A DNA stretch of 64,000 bases from Candidatus Gastranaerophilaceae bacterium (GCA_045616505.1 JAZLGV010000132.1:3245-67244); one strand, 5' to 3'. Counted from the stretch's first letter, positions 54,817-63,331 are shown. Made by a program: numbers and translations. Notes: generated from the sequence alone by a model not told the origin.

Positions 54817-56907
54817 TTAGAATTTTATTTTTGCAGAGATTGTACCTTTAGCTTTTTTAGTATCAAGGTTATATGAAATATTTCCTTCAACAGTTGTGTT
54901 TTCTTTTTCAAAACCAAAACTTGAAGTTAATTCTGTTTCGTCTTTGATTGTTTCGTCAAACAAATTGATTGCTATTTGTTCTTTTTCTTGTTCAACACCA
55001 AGTTTTGCAAAGATATTTGCATCGTTGATTTTGTAGTTTGCTCCAATTTCTGCGTTATATCCTGAATGTTCAAAATGTGGGGTGTGAGAATAAAAACCGC
55101 TTGCATTTGCTGTTAAATTAAGATTTTCTGTAGGATTGTAATTTAATTTTGAAGCTCCTTTGAAATTAATTCCAGCAGCAAGGTTGTGTCCTGTTATCGA
55201 TTGGTCATATTCTTTTTGATTTAAGTCTAAAGGCATTCCAACGCTTAATTGATTTGTAAAATCTAATTTATCGTTTTTAAACTCTGCTTCAACACCGACT
55301 TCATCGGTAATTCTTAAATCACCGTCTGTAATAAACATTCTTGCTTTACTATTTGCAGCTCCATTTCCTTGAATTCCAACACTGCCAAGTACAGAGAATT
55401 TTGTATTTTCTGTTTCAGCAATTTGTTTTTTGTCTGTTGCATTTGCATTTATTGCTGCATAATATTGAGTCATTTTTGAATCTATTATTGCAGATATAGT
55501 TGAATCTGCATTTAGTGTTACAGAATTTGTTCCTTTATTAATTTGTTTTGTTAAATCCGCATCTAAACCAATAGAAGTTGCTTTATCAAATGATTTTGTA
55601 TTTTCAGATATTTTTAATTCTGCTGAATAGCTACCTTGATTAATAATTGAACTTCCATTTGCAGTATTTTCTTCTTTGGTTTTAGTTAAATTAATTCCTT
55701 TTGTTGAAATTGTCAAAGAATTGTCATCTTTTATATTTGTTTTATCAAATAAATTTGTTTTGTCTGTGCTTGATTTATCTAGTTTTTCACCAAACGCAGC
55801 TTCTTCTGTATAAAGAATTTTTTTGAAAGAACCTTCGTTACTTTTTAATCCTAAATATCCTTTAGAAGTGAAATTGTTGTCTTCTTTAGAGATTTGTTTG
55901 TAGGCATCTTCAATGTTATCTGCTTCATAAACTTGGCTTTTTTCGTAGTTGTTCCAAACGTATTTGTCACCAACTTTGTATAAAAGTGTTGCATGACCCA
56001 TTGCTTTATTATTTGTTTCTTGTAAACCTGATATAACAGTTGCAGGTATTTCTGATTCTGTAAGCATATCTGCAACAAGTCCATGCATTGTTTCACAAAT
56101 TGCACCTTTTACTTCTTCTGTGAAATCAGCATTTACAAATTGCATTAATTTTTCTGGGTTTGTACCTTCTATTCCAGAATAGTCCAAATCATAGTCATAA
56201 TTTTCGCTAAAATCTGCCAACATACTATCGACTAAAGTTCCGATATATTCAGGATTATCTTTGTTTTTAGTCATAGAGTCGATGGTTTTTTGATAAACTT
56301 TATCGGCTGAACCTGAAAGTTTTGCACAATCTTCTATATCTGAAAAATTGGCAATTTCCATATCATCAATGATTTTGTTAAGTTTTTCTTTGTTTTTTTC
56401 AGTGTCCTTTTTGAAATTTTCATTTTTTTCTTCTAAACTTTCGATATCCATTTTTGTGAAAGTCATTGTTGTTGTGAGCTTTGACAAACTTAGTTTAGTT
56501 TTGGCATAAGGGACAGTATTTGGTTTCATTTTTTCTAATTTTTCATTAAGTTCTTTATATTCTTTTTTTAATTCCTCCATTTCAGAATTTAATTTATCTA
56601 TTTCTTGTTGATACATTTCTGGATTTTTTTCATACTTTTCGATGTCTGCTTTTAGTTGCATTGCTTCGCTATAAGTTTTTGTGTCCATACTTCTTTTTTC
56701 AAAATCGAAAGGAGAAAATTCGTTTTCATTTTTTGGGAGTTCAACTATTTCTTTTTGTGTATTATTAGTATCTGTTTTTTCATCAGAAAAAACAGATGTA
56801 CCATTTTGATAACTGTATTCGTCATCAAAATTTATTTGGCTATTTGTATTTTCGCCAAATTGTATATTATTTTCAAATTTTGAATTTGTAATTTTTATTG
56901 AATTCAT
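54817..56907 (-). CDS. signal-less protein with a coiled coil, a transglutaminase-like Cys-His core and a C-terminal beta-barrel
   Basis: GAICETMHG...GHATLLYKVGDKYVWNNYE has papain/transglutaminase-like spacing. The last ~260 aa are alternating beta strands ending GTISAKIKF (terminal Phe). An in-frame stop lies just upstream of the start. Confidence 0.7.
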   Translation of the reverse strand: MNSIKITNSKFENNIQFGENTNSQINFDDEYSYQNGTSVFSDEKTDTNNTQKEIVELPKNENEFSPFDFEKRSMDTKTYSEAMQLKADIEKYEKNPEMYQQEIDKLNSEMEELKKEYKELNEKLEKMKPNTVPYAKTKLSLSKLTTTMTFTKMDIESLEEKNENFKKDTEKNKEKLNKIIDDMEIANFSDIEDCAKLSGSADKVYQKTIDSMTKNKDNPEYIGTLVDSMLADFSENYDYDLDYSGIEGTNPEKLMQFVNADFTEEVKGAICETMHGLVADMLTESEIPATVISGLQETNNKAMGHATLLYKVGDKYVWNNYEKSQVYEADNIEDAYKQISKEDNNFTSKGYLGLKSNEGSFKKILYTEEAAFGEKLDKSSTDKTNLFDKTNIKDDNSLTISTKGINLTKTKEENTANGSSIINQGSYSAELKISENTKSFDKATSIGLDADLTKQINKGTNSVTLNADSTISAIIDSKMTQYYAAINANATDKKQIAETENTKFSVLGSVGIQGNGAANSKARMFITDGDLRITDEVGVEAEFKNDKLDFTNQLSVGMPLDLNQKEYDQSITGHNLAAGINFKGASKLNYNPTENLNLTANASGFYSHTPHFEHSGYNAEIGANYKINDANIFAKLGVEQEKEQIAINLFDETIKDETELTSSFGFEKENTTVEGNISYNLDTKKAKGTISAKIKF

Positions 56908-56978
56908 ATAACACACCTAACATAGTTATATTTATAACTTCGTCATAAATACAAAAAACTTAAGTGCATGAATTAGTT

Positions 56979-56987
56979 ATTTTACAA
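56979..56987 (-). promoter_or_regulatory. TTGTAAAAT promoter-like motif upstream of the 696-aa beta-barrel gene
   Basis: The exact 9-mer lies on the minus strand 72 nt upstream of ATG 56907. Confidence 0.45.
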
Positions 56988-56997
56988 ATTGTAAACT

Positions 56998-58014
56998 TTA
57001 TTCCATTTCTTTTATGTATAATTCTTCTAGCAAAATATAGATAGCCATTGCAATAGGTGGTGCAAATAACACTCCTAAAACTCCAGCATATTTTGCTCCG
57101 ATGAATAATGCTAAGAAAATTATTATTTGGTGTAAATTTAAAAATTTGCTATATACATAAGGTCTTACAATATGGTTTTCAATGAAATGTGATATTGTAA
57201 ATAAAACAGTAACGATAATAAGTGTTTTAATTCCAAATGAATAAGTTGCGATTAAACAAATTATTAAAGAAACGCCTGAACCTACAACAGGAATCATTGC
57301 CATAATACCAGCAATAAGTCCTAGAATAATAGCATAATCAATTTTGAATAATAATAAGCCCAATGTCATTGTTATCCAAACACTTGCGCAAACTACTGTT
57401 TGAGCCATTATATAACCACTTAATTTTTCTGAAATGTTATCTATAATTGTTTTGGTTTTATCTCTCATTTCTTTAGGGAAAAGTTTTAAGATATTTTCTT
57501 TTATAATTTTGTCATCAAGAATTAGGAAGAATATAAAAATAATTCCTGTGAAAACATATAAGAATATAGAACTTAAACTTTCGATAAAAGTTAATAAATT
57601 GTCAATTACTCCAGAACTAGAATTTGCAAAATCTGTAAGTAGTGTACCTGTTTTAAAATTTGTCATTCCAAGTGATTTTGTAAATGCAAGGCTGTTTAGT
57701 TTGTTGTCTAAATTAGTTATGTAAGTAGGGAATTCTTTTGCAAATTCCGTAATTTCGTAAGCTCCTAAAATGAGTATTGGTAAAACACATAGAGCAATAA
57801 TTAAAATTGTTCCAAGTAAAACAATGACAGTTGCCCAAGTTCTGCTTATTTTTTTGCTTAATTTATCTACTAATGGATTTAGAGAACAAGCAAATACTAT
57901 TGATATAAAAAATGTAAAAGCAATATCAATATTTTTATAAATAAAAAGTATGAATAATGCTGCAAGAATTATAAAGTAAAAAGTTTTTTTATCTAATTTG
58001 TTTAAAATATTCAT
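56998..58014 (-). CDS. AI-2E family (PerM/UPF0118) transporter
   Basis: It is 338 aa with about 8 TM segments. The C-terminal IVRPYVYSKFLNLHQIIIFLALFIGAKYAGVLGVLFAPP matches the family signature. Confidence 0.85.
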   Translation of the reverse strand: MNILNKLDKKTFYFIILAALFILFIYKNIDIAFTFFISIVFACSLNPLVDKLSKKISRTWATVIVLLGTILIIALCVLPILILGAYEITEFAKEFPTYITNLDNKLNSLAFTKSLGMTNFKTGTLLTDFANSSSGVIDNLLTFIESLSSIFLYVFTGIIFIFFLILDDKIIKENILKLFPKEMRDKTKTIIDNISEKLSGYIMAQTVVCASVWITMTLGLLLFKIDYAIILGLIAGIMAMIPVVGSGVSLIICLIATYSFGIKTLIIVTVLFTISHFIENHIVRPYVYSKFLNLHQIIIFLALFIGAKYAGVLGVLFAPPIAMAIYILLEELYIKEME

Positions 58015-58166
58015 TAATACCCTCGTTTCTTTTTTATTATTATATCAAATATATGAGTATAATATATTTTTTTATATAAATATTAAGGGGGTGAATAGAA
58101 AATCAAAAAAGATATAGGATAAGTTTTGTTTTATTATTTTTCTGCGAAAAATAGTAATAAAATTGA

Positions 58167-59234
58167 TTAACGAGAAAGAATAGACAAACCATGAGAATCA
58201 TAGCTTCCTGTTTTCACTATGTTTTTGTTTGTTGCTATTCTGTTTATTGTTCTTAAAACATTTATAAATTCTTCTTGTGTTAGATTTTTAAATTCAGGAC
58301 GACCGCTATATGATTGGTAATAACCTTCAATAAATGCGGTATCTTGTGATGTTTTTTGCAAATATGTGTTAAACAATGTTTCATAATAATCTTCGTATGT
58401 TGTTTTTAAATTTTTCTTTTCAACGTATCTTGCAGGGTGTGCAATTCCGACAATACCTTTTTTACTTAGTAAATCGATTGCACTTTCAAATGTTCTATAT
58501 GAATAATTCCATTTATCGCTTTTGTCTTTTTTATAAAAAATGGAATTAAGTTCAGGGTCATAAGGATCTATTCCCCAGCATAAAACGTGTATTGAAACAG
58601 GGCTATATGTGTTAGGATTAATGTATTCAGAAAAAACTTCTATTCCCAACATAACTTTTACATTTTTATATTTTTCAGGATTTGCTTGTAATAGTTCGAC
58701 AATTTTTTTAGCACCTTCGGTTGTGTTGTGATCAGTTATTGCTATATATACTGTGTTTCCTGTCGCTTGAGCAACCGAAACAGCTTTATTTAGCAATAAT
58801 TGTTGTGACAAATATCCATCAGATGCAAGTGTGTGTATGTGAAGATTTGCTCTAAAATTTTTTGTTTTAGAAGAATAAATTATTGGATTATTAGTATTTT
58901 TTCTAATAAATTCTTTTATTTCTGAAGGAGTAAGGATAGATGCCATTCTATCTATAGTAAAATTAGGGTTTTGGGAATTAGTTATAATAGTTTCTTTATA
59001 TGCACGATCTTTAATAAAGAAATTTGAGAAATTATTAGCTGGTTGTTGGTTTTCTTTTTCTTTTAGTAATTTTTTTTGTTGTTCAATGTTTTTTTTGTAT
59101 TCTGTGGTTTGTTCAGCAGATAAAGTTTGTTGTTTAACCGCCTTTTGAGCCTCATTTTCTGGAGGTTTTACCATTAAGATTGTTCCAACAACAGCAATTA
59201 TTAATATAGTAATTAAAATATCTCTATTTTTCAT
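58167..59234 (-). CDS. membrane-anchored PHP-domain phosphoesterase
   Basis: It has an N-terminal TM segment, then PHP motifs ANLHIHTLASDG, AITDHNT and GIAHP. Confidence 0.8.
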   Translation of the reverse strand: MKNRDILITILIIAVVGTILMVKPPENEAQKAVKQQTLSAEQTTEYKKNIEQQKKLLKEKENQQPANNFSNFFIKDRAYKETIITNSQNPNFTIDRMASILTPSEIKEFIRKNTNNPIIYSSKTKNFRANLHIHTLASDGYLSQQLLLNKAVSVAQATGNTVYIAITDHNTTEGAKKIVELLQANPEKYKNVKVMLGIEVFSEYINPNTYSPVSIHVLCWGIDPYDPELNSIFYKKDKSDKWNYSYRTFESAIDLLSKKGIVGIAHPARYVEKKNLKTTYEDYYETLFNTYLQKTSQDTAFIEGYYQSYSGRPEFKNLTQEEFINVLRTINRIATNKNIVKTGSYDSHGLSILSR

Positions 59235-59265
59235 TTCTATATTTTAGCATAAATTTTTTATTATG

Positions 59266-60711
59266 TTATTTGATGAATATTTTTTTTGATGAAAAAATAA
59301 AAAAGATAGTTATTATCGTTGCAATTATTTCAGATATATTAAGAGGAATATTAAATCCCATTTCTGCATTAAGTATGAAAGAAAGTGTTACAAACATAAA
59401 AAATATTGCAGGGATAAGTGTTATCCAAAAATTCTTATTCTTTTTATATAGAAAAACAGTTGCACATAAGAATGTCGGAATAGTAATAAGTTGGTTGAAG
59501 AATGTGAAATATCTCCATAAAAAGCCAAATGTTTTTACTTCCATTTTTGCCCAAGCAATAATTAAAATCATAACTATAGTGATTGGGATAATGATTATTA
59601 ATCTGTTTTTTACTTCTTTTTGAGAAAGGTTTAAATATTCTGCGATAATCATTCTTAAACCTCTTAACGCTGTATCTCCAGATGTTATTGGAAGAACAAT
59701 AACTGCGATAGTTACAATAAATGTTAGAAAAGTCGGAACAAAGTTGTCGGCTATAATATTTATTACACTTGATGTCCCAATACGACCTAGAGGTACAAGG
59801 TTGTTTGAATAAACATGCATTGCTCCTGCTGCCCAAATCATTGCAATTACTGATTCTATACACATCATTCCGTAAAAGATATATCTTCCATCATGTTCTG
59901 TTTTTATTGTTCTTGAAATAATTGTGGATTGAGTTGAATGAAAACCTGAAAGTAAACCACAGCTAACTGTCATAAAAAACATCGGAACTAATGGTAAATG
60001 TTTTGGATGTATGTTTAGGTTATGAATATCAAGTTCTTGCAAGGTTATTCCGTGAGTAAAAAATCCGATAAAAACGAAACCAGTTCCAAGTATTAGCAAA
60101 GCACATAAAAACGGATAATATTTTCCTATGATTTTATCAATAGGAAAAATTGTTGCAATAACAAAATATAGTAAGATTGTGATATACAAAATATCCATTA
60201 TCGGATTGCTAAATGTTAAATTTGTTTGGTGCAAAAATCTTTCTGCAACCAAATCTCCTGATGAAAATACAAAAACAGAAGAAACTAATAGTAGCAATAT
60301 TCCAATAATAACAGTAAAAGCTTTGAACATTTTTTGTCCAAGGTATTTTTTGATTAATCCTGTAATTTGTAATCCTTTATTTTTGACAGATAACATTCCT
60401 GCAAAATAATCGTGTACTCCGCCCATAAAAACACAGCCTAGAGGTATAAGAATAAATGCTATTGGCCCGAATAAAATACCTTGGATAGCTCCTAAAATTG
60501 GTCCTATTCCTGCGATATTTAAAAGTTGTATTAAAGCGTTTTTTTGTTTTGGAAGTGGAACGTAATCAAAACCATCGTTGTTTGTGATTGCTGGCGTTTC
60601 TTCATTAGATGGTTCAAATTGTTTTACAACATATTGTGAATAGAAAATGTAACCAAATAATAAAATTAAAAGCCCAATACAAAAAGTAATCATTTTTTCC
60701 CTGTAAATCAA
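59266..60711 (-). CDS. cstA: carbon starvation protein CstA family transporter
   Basis: It has LLNIAGIGPILGAIQGILFGPIAF and GGVHDYF motifs and is polytopic. An alternative start lies at 60693. Confidence 0.9.
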   Translation of the reverse strand: MIYREKMITFCIGLLILLFGYIFYSQYVVKQFEPSNEETPAITNNDGFDYVPLPKQKNALIQLLNIAGIGPILGAIQGILFGPIAFILIPLGCVFMGGVHDYFAGMLSVKNKGLQITGLIKKYLGQKMFKAFTVIIGILLLLVSSVFVFSSGDLVAERFLHQTNLTFSNPIMDILYITILLYFVIATIFPIDKIIGKYYPFLCALLILGTGFVFIGFFTHGITLQELDIHNLNIHPKHLPLVPMFFMTVSCGLLSGFHSTQSTIISRTIKTEHDGRYIFYGMMCIESVIAMIWAAGAMHVYSNNLVPLGRIGTSSVINIIADNFVPTFLTFIVTIAVIVLPITSGDTALRGLRMIIAEYLNLSQKEVKNRLIIIIPITIVMILIIAWAKMEVKTFGFLWRYFTFFNQLITIPTFLCATVFLYKKNKNFWITLIPAIFFMFVTLSFILNAEMGFNIPLNISEIIATIITIFFIFSSKKIFIK

Positions 60712-60770
60712 AATCCCACATTAAAATTTTAGCACGTAATAAATTTTTTAATGAGAAATATTATTAAAAT

Positions 60771-61709
60771 TTATATTTTTTGCCAAATTATTGTATTAGT
60801 TTGGTCTTTAGTGAAGTAGGGTTTGAAACCACAATTTTTTATAATTTCTGGAATTTGTCCTTTGACATCTTGAGTTTGGTGAATTTCATCACTTCCGATT
60901 ACAAAAAGCCCGTTTTTGTTTAGTTTTGAATATATTGATTTGATAATTGGTGTTAAATCTTTTTTAAGGTCATTAGAACTTTTCAAATTTCTTTCTATTA
61001 AATTATCAGAAATAATATTTGTTACGTGATACATAGCATTTCTAAAGAAAATTACATCATAGTCATTGTTTTTATCAATTTTATCTAAATCTGCAATATT
61101 TCCTTTTTGGAATTTACAGTTTTCTATTAGTTCAGGTTTGATTTTAAAATATTTTGTTTCGGTCGGGCATGCAATAGTTGTTTTCATCACAAATCTATCC
61201 CAAAATGGAATTTTAGCTTCTTTTTTAGATATTTCATTAACATTTTGCGTGAATAAATCTTTGTAATGAGCTTGTTCTGGTGAAAGATTGATAGTTTTAT
61301 TTATTAAAAAATTATCTTTAAAACAATCACGTGAATTTATTTTTTCAAAATCTTTTGGGCGTTTGTTTGCATAAATGGAGAATATTCCTTTTTCTGCTTT
61401 TTTTAAACAGTTTTCACTTAAATCTACTCCTGTGATTGAAATTTTGTTTTTCAAATCTTTGAAAGTCATGGCAAGAGAATATGTTTCTTCTCCTGTTGAG
61501 CATGCTGCGTCTAATATTTTTATATTTTTATTTTGTGGTAATTTTTTTAAGAAGTTTTTTACGATTTCAATGGGTTCTATATCTCTGAAAAAGCATGTTT
61601 CATTTATCAGAAGCGTATTTTTTTGAATACTTTTTGATATGGTGTCAGAACCTAAATAACTTTTAAAATTTGGTTTAGTATTATAATTTTGACAGCTGTT
61701 TATTTGCAT
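60771..61709 (-). CDS. CheR-type SAM-dependent methyltransferase
   Basis: It has INETCFFRD, ILDAACSTGEETYSLAM, DVIFFRNAMYH and NGLFVIGSDE. No other che genes are nearby. Confidence 0.8.
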   Translation of the reverse strand: MQINSCQNYNTKPNFKSYLGSDTISKSIQKNTLLINETCFFRDIEPIEIVKNFLKKLPQNKNIKILDAACSTGEETYSLAMTFKDLKNKISITGVDLSENCLKKAEKGIFSIYANKRPKDFEKINSRDCFKDNFLINKTINLSPEQAHYKDLFTQNVNEISKKEAKIPFWDRFVMKTTIACPTETKYFKIKPELIENCKFQKGNIADLDKIDKNNDYDVIFFRNAMYHVTNIISDNLIERNLKSSNDLKKDLTPIIKSIYSKLNKNGLFVIGSDEIHQTQDVKGQIPEIIKNCGFKPYFTKDQTNTIIWQKI

Positions 61710-61779
61710 AATTTTCTAATAAATGTGATTAGAAAAAATTGCGTAATTTTTTTCTAATATTAAAAATTTTTAATAAAAT

Positions 61780-62910
61780 TTATGCGTAAGCGATTTTTCC
61801 TAAGATAACTCTTTTGTCTGCACCTGTGCAACATGGTAAATTGTTTGGAATACCGTAATAAGTGCAGTAACCAAGTAGAGCAAAAGCCATTACTTCTTTA
61901 TAATTATTAGAAATGCCGTAATCTTCGTGTGTTTTTATTTGAACATGTTTTGGCAAATATGTTCTTAAGTATTTTAAAATTTGTGGGTTATAAGCACCAC
62001 CACCACCAACGATTATTTCATCGATAGAAACATTTGGATATACAAATCTTTCATAAGCATCTGCGATGGTTTTTGCTGTAAGCGCCGTTAGGGTTGCTAT
62101 AATATCTCTTTCATCTTGTGGTGCAAGTTTTAGAGCATTTTCAATATATTTTGGTGAAAAATATTCTCTTCCTGTTGTTTTTGGTGGATTAATAAAATAA
62201 TATTCATCTTCGCACAAAAGATTTAACCAATTTTGGTTGATTTGTCCTGAGTCTGCTATTTCTCCGTCTTTGTCATAAGGTTGACCGAAAAATTTGTTGC
62301 AGCAGTAATCAATCATTATGTTGCCACAACCTGTGTCAAAACCAAAGGTGTCATACATAGGGGAAACAATTGTGCAATTTGAAATTCCACCGATGTTTTG
62401 TATCGCAACTCCTTTATTGAGTGGTTTAAACCATTTTTCATCAGCAAAACAAACTAATGGCGCACCATTTCCACCTTGTGCAATATCTGCTTCTCTAAAA
62501 TTTGAAATGGTCATGCATCCTGTATTTTGTGCAATAACAGAAGAATCACCAATTTGAAGTGTGCTTTTAAAATTTATATTTTCTATTTTTTCATCAAACG
62601 GATAATGATAAACTGTTTGTCCGTGAGAAGCTATCATGTCAGGTTTTCCGTGTCTTTTAATCATTTCGTTTGCAGCATCTGCAAAACATTTACCGATGAT
62701 AAAATTCATTTGGCAAAGTTCTTTTAATGTTGCTTCTTGAGCGAAGAAATCAAATATTTTATCTCGAACAAATTTTGGATAAGGAAAATTAAGTCCGTCT
62801 AAAAGTGTGCAAGATAAATCTGGATTAACTTTACACAATCCGACATCAATTGAGTCGCATGAAGTTCCTGACATTAAACCTATTATTAATTTGCTTTCTT
62901 TTTCGTTCAT
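61780..62910 (-). CDS. anmK: anhydro-N-acetylmuramic acid kinase
   Basis: It has IGLMSGTSCDSIDV, NIGGISN and GGGAYNP motifs. ATG 62910 is preferred to the TTG at 62928. Confidence 0.9.
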   Translation of the reverse strand: MNEKESKLIIGLMSGTSCDSIDVGLCKVNPDLSCTLLDGLNFPYPKFVRDKIFDFFAQEATLKELCQMNFIIGKCFADAANEMIKRHGKPDMIASHGQTVYHYPFDEKIENINFKSTLQIGDSSVIAQNTGCMTISNFREADIAQGGNGAPLVCFADEKWFKPLNKGVAIQNIGGISNCTIVSPMYDTFGFDTGCGNIMIDYCCNKFFGQPYDKDGEIADSGQINQNWLNLLCEDEYYFINPPKTTGREYFSPKYIENALKLAPQDERDIIATLTALTAKTIADAYERFVYPNVSIDEIIVGGGGAYNPQILKYLRTYLPKHVQIKTHEDYGISNNYKEVMAFALLGYCTYYGIPNNLPCCTGADKRVILGKIAYA

Positions 62911-62956
62911 ATAAAAATAATACAACAAAGAACATCTACCATAAAGGTAAATGTTC
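62911..62956 (-). terminator. terminator/attenuator-like hairpin abutting the anmK start codon
   Basis: On the minus strand, GAACATTTACC / GGTAGATGTTC pairs at 10 of 11 positions. It is followed by TTTGTTGTATTATTTTT and then the anmK ATG. Confidence 0.5.
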
Positions 62957-63149
62957 CGTTATCCCCAAATCTGTTTTCCCAATAATTTTTTTTGATTTTT
63001 TAATAATTGTACTTTTTAAATTTCTAAATTTTTAAAATTTTAAATCTTTTTTAGTTCCCAAGCAATTTTAATCTTTATTATCTCTCCACACTTTCCCAAG
63101 TTGGCTTAGCCATCACTCCTTCCGGTTTGTCTATTAATCTCTTCCCTAT
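62957..63149 (-). ncRNA. candidate GGA-rich small transcript or 5' leader containing an 11-codon (33-codon if extended) sORF
   Basis: A TTGTAA-N16-TAGAAT promoter-like pair lies at 63184-63157 on the minus strand. The core is locally GC/purine-rich with nine GGA triplets, and a terminator-like hairpin lies at 62911-62956. The sORF ATG at 63113 follows GGAAGGAG. Confidence 0.3.
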
Positions 63150-63287
63150 GTTTATTATTCTAGTACTCAAAGTTTTCATTACAAGTAACAAAAATAAAAA
63201 TAATTTTTACAAAGGCTTGAATTAATCATTATTGTTGAACAAAATTAAAATTTACAAATTTAATTAAGCAAATTTAATGAATTTACG

Positions 63288-63331
63288 TTAAAAACAGCTA
63301 AAATTTTATTTGACAAATAAAATTTTAGCTG
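63288..63331 (-). terminator. rho-independent terminator after the 63373-63681 ORF
   Basis: A perfect 17-bp inverted repeat CAGCTAAAATTTTATTT / AAATAAAATTTTAGCTG is followed by TTTTT on the minus strand. Confidence 0.8.

Noticed and set aside
54514-56907. I considered the XRE gene and the upstream 696-aa gene as a toxin-antitoxin or phage-repressor module.
   Set aside because: The partner is a large envelope-type protein, not a small toxin. The genes are 93 nt apart with no overlap, and no other mobile-element genes flank them.
63061-63150. I considered an SRP (4.5S) RNA or a glycine riboswitch in the GC-rich island, because of CCGGAAGG and ACCGGAAGGAG/GGAGAG strings.
   Set aside because: The flanks do not form the SRP domain IV helix: only 2 bp close the GGAA loop and the AGCA/symmetric-loop residues are missing. 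The glycine-riboswitch core (ACCGAAGGGGCAA, CUCUGGAGAG pairing) is not reproduced, and I found no P1-type helix.
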